From Methanoculleus marisnigri JR1 (lineage in GTDB: Archaea; Halobacteriota; Methanomicrobia; Methanomicrobiales; Methanoculleaceae): 40,000 bases of DNA. Every line of letters starts with the position of its first letter. Within the stretch, counting starts at the first letter, position 1. The notes under the pieces are model-generated. The model ran no database searches, was not told the DNA's origin, and saw only the letters and a list, made by a program, of their open reading frames with translations. Position numbers and translations under genes: made by a program. This document shows, in pieces, positions 1 through 7,936 of the stretch. The DNA lies in assembly GCF_000015825.1 (NCBI RefSeq), contig NC_009051.1:698695-738694 (forward strand), given 5' to 3'.

Positions 1-105
1 TTATGTCAATAAGAGGAGTGATAAAGGTTTGTCATTCTCCCACGTTTTTGGAGGTAGGGTTCCGTCGTTTTCGTGCCTGCCCGCATGGACGTGGCCGCAG
101 ACGGT

Positions 106-2106
106 TTATGCGGGGATCCGGTAGATCCGGACTCCCTGCGCATCATAGATGAGTTCGAGCGCATTCGTCGGGATGGAGACGGCGTAGCGTTCGCGCTCTG
201 CCGCACCCACGTAGAGCAGGGTGGCGTTGTACGCCCGCGCAAGGTCGACGGTCCGGTCGGGCTGCTCATAGATTGCCCGCACATCGGCGCTCCGCTCGCT
301 GATGCGCCCTTCATCGCCCCGCCACATGTACTCGTGGAAGGGCATCCCGATCACGGCCGGGATTCCGGTGAACGACGAGACCCTTGAATAGTAGGTGTAG
401 TCGCCGCCCTCCGCCTCGACGATGACGTGGTTGCCGGGAAGAGTCCGGAGGAACGCGATCGCCGCCGCGTCAGAGGGATTCGAGCCTTCGAGGTATGCCG
501 CCCCGTCGAGGGTGTGGCTCCCGTAGCCGAAGTCGACGTTGATCGCGAAGGGCGCGATGAGGAGCAGCACCGCGGCCAGGACCGGGAGCGCCTTCTCCGC
601 CCTATCCGGGATCTGCCGGTCGATCCCGGCGCCCCGGAGCCATTCCCCGATGACGGCGAGGCTCGCCGTCCCCATCAGGAACCATGCCGGGAGGTAGAAC
701 TTGAAGACCGTGTTCATCCGGAAGTAGGTCTCTCCCATGTTATCCACGAGGTAAATGAGCTCGGTGACGAGGACGATCGCAAGCCCGAGCATCGCAAGCG
801 TTTCGACTGCCGTAAAACGGCGGCGGGCGGCGAGGTAGACCAGCGGAACGGCGGCGATGGCCGCGGCCGGGTAGCCGGCGAGCACGAACGGCACCGCGGC
901 GAGCAGGAGGTAGGGGCGTCTCCGGATATCCGGTGCGCAGTACGCGATCAGCACCGCGAGGAAGAACCCGTGAACCAGCAGGAACTCCACCGGTGCGGAG
1001 GGTGTGGGGACGATTGCGACTCCCGCGACGCCGGGGCTGTTGAGCTGCAGGTAGAATGGGAGGTAGGTCAGGATCGCGAGCGGTGGCACCGCTGCAAGCA
1101 CCATCCAGGAGTTCAGGCTGTCCAACCGAAGATTTCCGTAGCGCCACCATATCAGGAGGCCGAAGGCCAGCGTGACCGGGGCATAGACCAGCACGTCCCA
1201 GGAGTTGAACCCGGGCATCGACCCGAGGGAGAGGGCGGCAAGCCCACAGAGGAGTGCCCGCCCCCGCATGGAGAGTGTCCCCCACCGCATGTAGGCGAAG
1301 ACCAGGAGAAAGAGCAGGAACCCCTGGTTGAAGAAACTCATAACGTGCGGGTGCACGTCGCCCCAGAGCATCGAAAAGATGGGATACTCGTTGATGGTGT
1401 TCTCGATCGTCCGGGTGCTCCCCCAGAGGACGTCGAACCAGGCATCCCCTATCAGGATGTGGTAGATGGCGGAGGGGTTCGGGAGGAAGAGTGCAACCAC
1501 CGGGAGCCACCGGTAACGATCGAGGAGGAGGTGCCCGAGAGCGTAGAGTGAGACGACGGCAAGACCGAGCACCGTCGGGAGTGCAAGGTTGAAGGCGATC
1601 GTCGAAGGCACGCCGGATACGAGCCCGAGCACCCCATCCATCCAGTAGCCGAGGTAGTAGTAGACGTCCAGCGTTCCCCCTGCATACCAGGGATCGAGCG
1701 GCGGGACGGTGGGCACCCGCATGATCGAAGCGAGGATCGCGTGATCCATGAACTTCTCGGCGTAGGAGATGCTCGGGTTGATCCAGCGCACCTCGAGCAT
1801 GAAGAGGAAGGGGAGCAGGAAAGCGAGGTCCCAGGTGAGCGCGGACCGTAGCCGCTCCCTCGTGAAGAACCTGCGCGACCCTGCATACGCTACTACGGCC
1901 ACAAACGGCAGAAGGCCGAGCACGATCGGGAGTCCTGTCAGTCCCAGGTACCACGTAACGAGCGTGAAGAGGAGAATTGATGCCGGGTATGCCGCGGCTG
2001 CCGAGAGGCTGCCGAGGGTGCGGTCGAGCGCCGGCCAGACGGCGAGTTGAAGCATCTTGACGACGAGAAGCCAGAGCAGCACGGGAACGATGAACTCAAC
2101 CGCCAA
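106..2106 (-). CDS. chlor_Arch_YYY / DUF2298-type polytopic membrane protein (TIGR03662-like; function unknown)
   Basis: 666-aa ORF dominated by hydrophobic helices. Carries the family-naming YYYxG motif (LDVYYYLGYW) and a soluble C-terminal domain. Non-ATG start (TTG 2106, alternative GTG 2082). 11-nt overlap with the upstream gene. Confidence 0.75.
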   Translation of the reverse strand: MAVEFIVPVLLWLLVVKMLQLAVWPALDRTLGSLSAAAAYPASILLFTLVTWYLGLTGLPIVLGLLPFVAVVAYAGSRRFFTRERLRSALTWDLAFLLPFLFMLEVRWINPSISYAEKFMDHAILASIMRVPTVPPLDPWYAGGTLDVYYYLGYWMDGVLGLVSGVPSTIAFNLALPTVLGLAVVSLYALGHLLLDRYRWLPVVALFLPNPSAIYHILIGDAWFDVLWGSTRTIENTINEYPIFSMLWGDVHPHVMSFFNQGFLLFLLVFAYMRWGTLSMRGRALLCGLAALSLGSMPGFNSWDVLVYAPVTLAFGLLIWWRYGNLRLDSLNSWMVLAAVPPLAILTYLPFYLQLNSPGVAGVAIVPTPSAPVEFLLVHGFFLAVLIAYCAPDIRRRPYLLLAAVPFVLAGYPAAAIAAVPLVYLAARRRFTAVETLAMLGLAIVLVTELIYLVDNMGETYFRMNTVFKFYLPAWFLMGTASLAVIGEWLRGAGIDRQIPDRAEKALPVLAAVLLLIAPFAINVDFGYGSHTLDGAAYLEGSNPSDAAAIAFLRTLPGNHVIVEAEGGDYTYYSRVSSFTGIPAVIGMPFHEYMWRGDEGRISERSADVRAIYEQPDRTVDLARAYNATLLYVGAAERERYAVSIPTNALELIYDAQGVRIYRIPA

Positions 2107-3076
2107 ACGTATCCTCCTTCTCGATCTCCCTGTTGAATGCTCTCTTCAGGAGGCTCATCGACCAGTCGCCGAAGTAGTATATCGATCCGACGCCCCCGAC
2201 GAGCGTGACCAGGTTCTTGATCAGGTGGTCGATGACCGCTATCAGCGTTGCCGTGACCGCCGGGGTTCCCGCGAGCCCGAACGTCAGGGCGAGCGCGAGT
2301 TCGTAGGTTCCTACCCCTCCCGGGGTGATCGGAACAGCCTTGACGAGGTTGCCGATGACGATCGCGAGGACGATGATGCCGAACGGCACCGGCGCCTGGA
2401 ACATCAGGACGACCGCGTAGCAGACCAGCACGTCGACGAGCCAGATCAGGAGCGACGAGCCGCTGAGCACACCGAGAGCCCGGGGGTTGAGGGAGGCCCG
2501 CTTCACCTCATCAAGCATCCTCTGGACGGCAACGACGATCCGGTTCCCCGACTCCATCCTGCCCGACCAGAGCAGCACGGCGAAGAAGACGGCCCCTGCG
2601 GCGAGGGGAACAATGATGACCGTGATGAACCAGTCGGGGACGTCGAGAACCGCGAGGACGAACGGGAGCGCGACGGCACCGAGTATCGCGATCATCAGGA
2701 TGTCGAAGACACGCTCGACGACGAGAGACGAGAACCCCTGCGAGTAGGTGGCGTCGTCCTCGTGCTTTAAGATCAGCATCCGCACGAAATCACCGAGGCG
2801 CGCGGGGACGATGAGGTTCGCCGTCTGGGAGATGAATATGCAGGCGGTCGAGAACCAGAGGCTCTTTCTGACGTCGAGCCCGTGCAGGATGAACCGGTAC
2901 CGGTACCCCCGGAGGATCCAGGCAACAACGCAGATCCCGACGGCGGCAAAGAGGAAGGGTATTACGGCGTGCTCGAGCGTCAGCAGGAGTTCGTCCCATA
3001 CACGGTAGAGCATGTAGGCGACGATTCCGACCGCGATCAGGGTGGGGATGACGACCGCGCTAACTTTTTTCCACAT
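2096..3076 (-). CDS. flippase-like membrane protein (UPF0104 / lysylphosphatidylglycerol-synthase transmembrane-region family)
   Basis: ORF 2096-3118 trimmed to ATG 3076 (MWKKVSAVVIPTL...); the 3118 start is TTG and overlaps the GT2 gene deeply. Multi-pass hydrophobic protein of typical family size. 17-nt overlap with the GT2 stop. Confidence 0.65.
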   Translation of the reverse strand: MWKKVSAVVIPTLIAVGIVAYMLYRVWDELLLTLEHAVIPFLFAAVGICVVAWILRGYRYRFILHGLDVRKSLWFSTACIFISQTANLIVPARLGDFVRMLILKHEDDATYSQGFSSLVVERVFDILMIAILGAVALPFVLAVLDVPDWFITVIIVPLAAGAVFFAVLLWSGRMESGNRIVVAVQRMLDEVKRASLNPRALGVLSGSSLLIWLVDVLVCYAVVLMFQAPVPFGIIVLAIVIGNLVKAVPITPGGVGTYELALALTFGLAGTPAVTATLIAVIDHLIKNLVTLVGGVGSIYYFGDWSMSLLKRAFNREIEKEDTFGG

Positions 3077-3779
3077 GGAGCCGCCACCAGAGACGAAGAA
3101 TCGCCGATCCCATCTCAACTACGTCTTTCCTCCGTACCGTCGTCCCCTCTCCCTGCCGCCATTGCACGGGGAACTCCCGTATCCGGTAACCGTTCTTCTG
3201 TGCCCGAACCAGCACCTCGGTGTCCCAGAACCAGTGATCTGCGGTCACCGACGGGAGCAGGGAGAGCAGGCGGTCGCGCCGGAACGCCTTGAACCCGCAT
3301 TGGTGATCGCAGAGCGAACTCCCGAGGATCGTCCTGACAAGCGTATTATAACCGCGACTCGCGATCTCCCGCCCGCCGCTCCGTACGATGACGCTTTCGG
3401 GAAGGAGGCGGGAGCCCGTTGCAATGTCGTTGCCGTCGCGGATGGCCTCGACCAGTTCGGGGAGGTGCTGCATGTCGGTGGCGAGATCGACGTCGTAGTA
3501 GCAGACAATAGACCCCGACGCCCCGGCAAACGCGCGGTTGAGCGCCCGTCCCCGCCCGAGCCGCTCGTCGGAATGGAGCAGGCGAACCCGGGGATCTCCG
3601 GCCTCGCACTCCCGTACGAACTCCGTGCTCCCGTCGGTGCTCCCGTCCTCGGCGACGATCAACTCGAACCTCCCCGGAGCGATCGCCTCGAGCGTCTCGA
3701 GCGACCGCGGTATCGCGGTCTTGAGCGCTAAAAGATCGTTGTAGACCGGAAGGACGGCGCTCACCTCGACCTCACGCAT
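3060..3779 (-). CDS. family 2 glycosyltransferase (dolichyl-phosphate sugar synthase-like)
   Basis: 239 aa. N-terminal GT-A block VSAVLPVYNDLL...IVAEDGSTDGS and DxD-like YDVDL. ATG 3779 overlaps the upstream stop by 8 nt. Confidence 0.85.
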   Translation of the reverse strand: MREVEVSAVLPVYNDLLALKTAIPRSLETLEAIAPGRFELIVAEDGSTDGSTEFVRECEAGDPRVRLLHSDERLGRGRALNRAFAGASGSIVCYYDVDLATDMQHLPELVEAIRDGNDIATGSRLLPESVIVRSGGREIASRGYNTLVRTILGSSLCDHQCGFKAFRRDRLLSLLPSVTADHWFWDTEVLVRAQKNGYRIREFPVQWRQGEGTTVRRKDVVEMGSAILRLWWRLHVEKS

Positions 3780-5004
3780 CCGGATACCTCGCGAGAACCC
3801 TCTTCGCCGCTTCCTGCCCGGCGACGACCGAACCGTTCATGCTCCGCTCCGGGTAATTCGGAGGGCTGAACATCCCGGCGAGGAAGAGTCCGTGCTCCTC
3901 GTAGTCGGGCAGCCGGTTACGGAGCCCCGTCGTGTAGACCGGGCCGGCATACGGGTCGACCGCGAGCCGGTGCCAGTGGACTTCGCGTTCACTGACGGAG
4001 AATCGCCGGCAGAAGTCGGCAAGCATCGACTGCTCGAATCCTTCCGGGAGCCGGCCGGTGAAGTAGGATGCAAGGTAGACGATATGCTCCCCATACCACT
4101 CGAGCGGGGCAAAGTTGGTGTGCGAGACCACCGCACCGTAAGGGGCGGCATCCTTCATGTTCAGCCAGTATATTCCGTCGGTCACGTCCCGGTCGAGCGC
4201 GAGGGTCATGCAGGCGGCGCCCTGGTAGGGAATTTCGGCGAGATCGAGACCGGCAAGGTCCGCGGTTGCCTGCGGGGGGAGCGTCGATACGACGGCGTCA
4301 TACGATCTCCCGTTGACGACCCAGCCGCCGCCCTCCCGCCGGATCTCTTCGACGGGAGTGTCCGGCAGGATCGAGGCGCCCCGTTGCGCTGCCTCTTCCT
4401 CGAGCCGCGCGACGAAGTGCCGGAAACCCCCTTTCAGGTAGCCCAGACGCTCGCCCCCGGCACCCCGGTCGGATCGGATGGCGATGCGGGATATGAGCCA
4501 GGCGGCGGAAACCTCATCACGGCGGTCGCCGAACTTGCTTTTTAAGAGCGGTTCGAAGAACGAGGAGTATATCCCGGGACCGAGGTTATCGAGGATGAAA
4601 TCCTTCGCGGTGATCTCGTCGAGCGCCGAGACGTCGAACCGGCGGGAGCGCAGGGTCAGCAGGCCGAGACGGGCCTTTTCCATGAGCGTGAGATGGGGGT
4701 AGCGCAGGATCTCGGTCGGGGTGGTGAGCGGGTGGAGAGTTCCGTCGACGTAGTAGCCGGTGGACCCGTGAAGCCATACCAGCCGATCTGTCACCTGCAG
4801 CGCATCGAAGAGGTCGAGCAGGGCGGTATCACCGGCAAAACAATGGTGGTAATACTCCTCGATCCAGTAATCGCCGATCCGGTATGAACCGAGGCAGCCG
4901 CCCGGAATCGGCCTTCGCTCGAAGAGATCCACCTGGTGTGTCCCGGCGAGTTCGAGCGCCGAGACCAGACCGGAAAGACCTCCCCCCACAACGCAGATCT
5001 TCAT
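3772..5004 (-). CDS. NAD(P)/FAD-dependent oxidoreductase (amine oxidase / phytoene desaturase-like fold)
   Basis: 410 aa. N-terminal Rossmann dinucleotide motif MKICVVGGGLSGLVSALELA...DLFE. First gene of a four-gene minus-strand operon. Confidence 0.8.
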   Translation of the reverse strand: MKICVVGGGLSGLVSALELAGTHQVDLFERRPIPGGCLGSYRIGDYWIEEYYHHCFAGDTALLDLFDALQVTDRLVWLHGSTGYYVDGTLHPLTTPTEILRYPHLTLMEKARLGLLTLRSRRFDVSALDEITAKDFILDNLGPGIYSSFFEPLLKSKFGDRRDEVSAAWLISRIAIRSDRGAGGERLGYLKGGFRHFVARLEEEAAQRGASILPDTPVEEIRREGGGWVVNGRSYDAVVSTLPPQATADLAGLDLAEIPYQGAACMTLALDRDVTDGIYWLNMKDAAPYGAVVSHTNFAPLEWYGEHIVYLASYFTGRLPEGFEQSMLADFCRRFSVSEREVHWHRLAVDPYAGPVYTTGLRNRLPDYEEHGLFLAGMFSPPNYPERSMNGSVVAGQEAAKRVLARYPDA

Positions 5005-5118
5005 TACCTACCCCTACGTATGAAAATTATAAGAACACTTTTGGGTTATAATGTATGTATGGTCTTTATACATAAGCGTGGATATAATTAATTAGTCAAT
5101 ATGAGGGTGTGAAGCTGA
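5005..5118. promoter_or_regulatory. AT-rich divergent promoter region (oxidoreductase operon leftward, cetZ operon rightward)
   Basis: 114-nt AT-rich island in a GC-rich genome. Several TATA-like boxes (aaaattataag near 5030-5042, tttatacataa near 5066-5076, gatataattaatt near 5082-5094). SD-like gagggtg lies 10-16 nt before ATG 5119. Confidence 0.45.
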
Positions 5119-6285
5119 ATGAGGGTCTTCTTCATAGGATTCGGTCAAGCTGGGGGCAAAATTGTCGATATGTTCATTGAACAGGACAAACGAATGCAGA
5201 CCCAGAGTTTCAGGGGAATCGCTGTAAATACAGCGCGTACCGACCTGATGGGACTGAAGAACATCGAGCTCAAAGACCGGCTCCTGATCGGCCAGACCGT
5301 GGTGAAAGGCCATGGGGTCGGGACCGACAACGTGACCGGTGCACGGGTGACCGCCGACGAGATTGATGCCATCATCAACGCCGTCGATTCGCGTGGTACA
5401 CACGATATCGATGCCTTTGTCATCGTCGCCGGCCTCGGCGGCGGAACCGGCTCGGGGGGTTCGCCGGTGCTCGCCCGCCACTTAAAGCGTATCTACCGGG
5501 AACCGGTCTATGCGATCGGCATCCTGCCTGCCCCCGAGGAAGGCCGGCTCTATTCGTATAATGCAGCGCGTTCCCTGAGCACCCTGGTGAACGAGGCTGA
5601 CAATACCTTCATCTTCGATAACAGTGCCTGGAAGAATGAGGGAGAAAGCGTCAAGGACGCGTATAACCGGCTGAACGACGAGATCGTCCGCCGGTTCGGC
5701 GTACTTTTCCGTGCCGGCGAGGTCGGCAAGGCGGGTGTCGGCGAGATGGTCGTTGACTCGAGCGAGGTCATCAACACTCTCCGGGGTGGCGGCATCAGCA
5801 CTGTCGGGTATGCCATCAGCGAGAAGATCAGTCCGCGCACGAAACAGAACCAGGGGCTCCTCTCCGGTCTGGTGCGCAAAAAGGAGAAGACCGAGGAGGT
5901 GCTGACCGGCGAGGACAAGTCGGCGAAGATCATCGCCCTCGTCAGGCGTGCCATGCTCGGACGTCTCACCCTGCCGTGCGACTACTCGACGGCCGAGCGC
6001 GGTCTCGTCCTTCTCGCGGGCCCACCGGATGAGATGGACCGGAAGGGCGTTGAGAAGTCGAAGAGCTGGGTGGAGGAGAACATCGCCGGCGTCGAGGTGC
6101 GTGGTGGTGATTACCCGGTGCAGAGCGACTACATCGCTGCGGTTGTGGTTCTTGCGACGATCGGGAACGCTCCCCGGATCACCGAACTTCTTGAGATTGC
6201 CAAGTCCACGAAGGAAGATGTCCTTAAGTCGAAGGAAAAGCGCTCAACCATGTTCGACGACGGCATAGAGCCGTTGTTTGAGTGA
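5119..6285 (+). CDS. cetZ: CetZ-type tubulin/FtsZ-superfamily GTPase
   Basis: 388 aa. N-terminal GFGQAGGK nucleotide-binding start and tubulin signature GGGTGSG (AGLGGGTGSGGSP). Length and C-terminal helical region are typical of archaeal CetZ rather than FtsZ. Confidence 0.88.
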   Translation: MRVFFIGFGQAGGKIVDMFIEQDKRMQTQSFRGIAVNTARTDLMGLKNIELKDRLLIGQTVVKGHGVGTDNVTGARVTADEIDAIINAVDSRGTHDIDAFVIVAGLGGGTGSGGSPVLARHLKRIYREPVYAIGILPAPEEGRLYSYNAARSLSTLVNEADNTFIFDNSAWKNEGESVKDAYNRLNDEIVRRFGVLFRAGEVGKAGVGEMVVDSSEVINTLRGGGISTVGYAISEKISPRTKQNQGLLSGLVRKKEKTEEVLTGEDKSAKIIALVRRAMLGRLTLPCDYSTAERGLVLLAGPPDEMDRKGVEKSKSWVEENIAGVEVRGGDYPVQSDYIAAVVVLATIGNAPRITELLEIAKSTKEDVLKSKEKRSTMFDDGIEPLFE

Positions 6286-6294
6286 GGAGACGTT

Positions 6295-7377
6295 ATGAAG
6301 GGAAACATCAGCAGATGGCTTATTCTCCTGCTGGCACTGGTCTGTGTCGCGCAGGCAGCAGCGGCGTTCGACGTCAAGACGGAGACCGTCAACCCCGCGA
6401 GCGGCGCTCTCGAACCGGGCCAACAGGTGAACGCGCGGTACGTGCTCACCTACGATATGGATGATCATGACCTGAACGACGAGTCGTTCGAGCTCAGCAC
6501 CGCGTTGCAGAATCCCGTCTGGGATATCAACGTCTACCGTGGCGGGGTTGAGATCCCTATCAAGAAGACCGGGTACTACCCGGTCCTGTCGGAGTTCGAG
6601 ATCGATTACGGCGATGCAGATGTAGAATTGCGTGTCGAACTGCGCGGCATGGTTCCCTCGACCGGGAGCAACAAGGTTCTGATCACCAAGATCGAGCACC
6701 TGCGGGGTGACGATGTGAAGGACACTCACTCCGTGACCCGCGACGTCGTGACCGCGGCCCAGATCGGGGGTTCTCTTACCGCCCAGCAGCAGCGTCTCAA
6801 GGACCTGAAGGCCGACATGGATGAGAAAGCTGCAGACGGGGTGGATGTCACCGCCGTCCAGGCCGAGTACAACGCTGCAAGTCAGGCGCTCACCAGCGCC
6901 GCGTCGGCAGGTCCGTCACAGGCGGCGAGTTACATCGCTACCGCGAAGAAAGACATAGACGAGGGAATTGCGCTCCTCGATAAGGTATGGGCCGAGAAAG
7001 CGGTCGCCGACACCGGCGCGGCAATCGAGTCGCTCGACGGGATGATCACCTACTTCGTCGAGAACCGTTCCATGAACAGCGATCCGCAGGTGGTCGCCAT
7101 CATGACCAAGCGCGAGAGCGCCGTCCAGTTCTACTCCCAGGCACAGGACAACCTGAACGCCGAGAATTATCCGCTGGCGCGCTCGAAGGCTGGGGATGGC
7201 CTGAATAAGGCAAACGAGGCCCTGACCGATGCGAATGCGCTCCGGGAGAGGATCGGTGAGGGGTTCGGCATCGGTGGTGACTTCCTCCTCTACATTGGCG
7301 TCGGGGTTGTCATCGTCCTCGTTGTCGCGGGCATCGTTCTCTACCGGAAGAGATCCGGCTGGGACGAGCTCGGATAA
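6295..7377 (+). CDS. secreted, C-terminally membrane-anchored protein of unknown function (signal peptide + beta-rich domain + long helical region + TM anchor)
   Basis: 360 aa. Signal peptide MKGNISRWLILLLALVCVAQAAAA. Ala/Gln/Asp-rich helical segment. C-terminal TM FLLYIGVGVVIVLVVAGIVLY followed by a basic tail RKRSGWDELG. GGAG Shine-Dalgarno 6 nt upstream. 9-nt gap after the cetZ stop. Confidence 0.7.
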   Translation: MKGNISRWLILLLALVCVAQAAAAFDVKTETVNPASGALEPGQQVNARYVLTYDMDDHDLNDESFELSTALQNPVWDINVYRGGVEIPIKKTGYYPVLSEFEIDYGDADVELRVELRGMVPSTGSNKVLITKIEHLRGDDVKDTHSVTRDVVTAAQIGGSLTAQQQRLKDLKADMDEKAADGVDVTAVQAEYNAASQALTSAASAGPSQAASYIATAKKDIDEGIALLDKVWAEKAVADTGAAIESLDGMITYFVENRSMNSDPQVVAIMTKRESAVQFYSQAQDNLNAENYPLARSKAGDGLNKANEALTDANALRERIGEGFGIGGDFLLYIGVGVVIVLVVAGIVLYRKRSGWDELG

Positions 7378-7415
7378 CCCGTCCCTCCCCCTTCTTCGCA
7401 CTTCCTGCTTCCCTA

Positions 7416-7421
7416 TTTTTT
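7416..7421 (+). terminator. oligo-T tract downstream of the cetZ operon
   Basis: T6 run about 40 nt after the stop of 6295-7377. Archaeal termination typically uses oligo-T. Confidence 0.3.
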
Positions 7422-7459
7422 CACCAGGCTCTTTTGGCCGATGACTGTACATTCGAGTT

Positions 7460-7900
7460 GACTTCCGGTGCGCGTCCGATTTGTTGCCGGGGGAGCCGTC
7501 CCCAAACGCCTCTGCCGGAGGGGGACACCAATCGCACCTCCGGTGCTCACGTTCGTTTTCGCCCACGCTTCGAAGACTTTTGGCCTTCTCAAGATCCCTC
7601 TGGTCCCATTCCCCGGTCTCTCGCCCGAAACGTTTCGAGTTTCGGCTCTGTTAAAATCATGTTTTGGTTTTGAAGGTCGTAATTGGGGGGGGTGTAGATG
7701 TCCGGGGTTCGAGCACCCTGATGCGAGGCGCGACTGGCCGAAGGGCAGGAGCAGGAGAAGACCGAAGGTCTTGGACTGGCGACTGGCCGAAGGTGCGACG
7801 TTCCTCCGGAACGGAGTTTGAGCACCGCAAGGTGCGGGGGCAGGAGCACGAGCACCACAGGTGCGCAGTCCCCTCGGAAGCCGTGTCTGGGACGCAATCG
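7460..7900. repeat. cluster of short GC-rich hairpin repeats (interspersed intergenic repeat family, copy R1; two modules in inverted orientation)
   Basis: 7532-7555 is the exact reverse complement of 13911-13934 (24/24). 7567-7593 matches 20752-20778 (23/27, same orientation). 7755-7774 matches 13877-13896 (19/20). Multiple 5-7 bp stems with 3-4 nt loops (GCACC-TCC-GGTGC 7534-7546, AAGACC-GAA-GGTCTT 7758-7772, CTCCG-GAA-CGGAG 7804-7816, GCACC-GCAA-GGTGC 7822-7835, GCACC-ACA-GGTGC 7852-7864). Confidence 0.8.
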
Positions 7901-7936
7901 ATGACTCGTCCCGGATTCCCGGCGGCCTCGCGGGTC

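Noticed and set aside
427-1954. 374-aa (+) and 404-aa (-) ORFs overlapping the YYY membrane protein gene
   Set aside because: These are alternative-frame or antisense shadows. Only the 106-2106 frame encodes a coherent multi-TM protein with the YYYxG motif.
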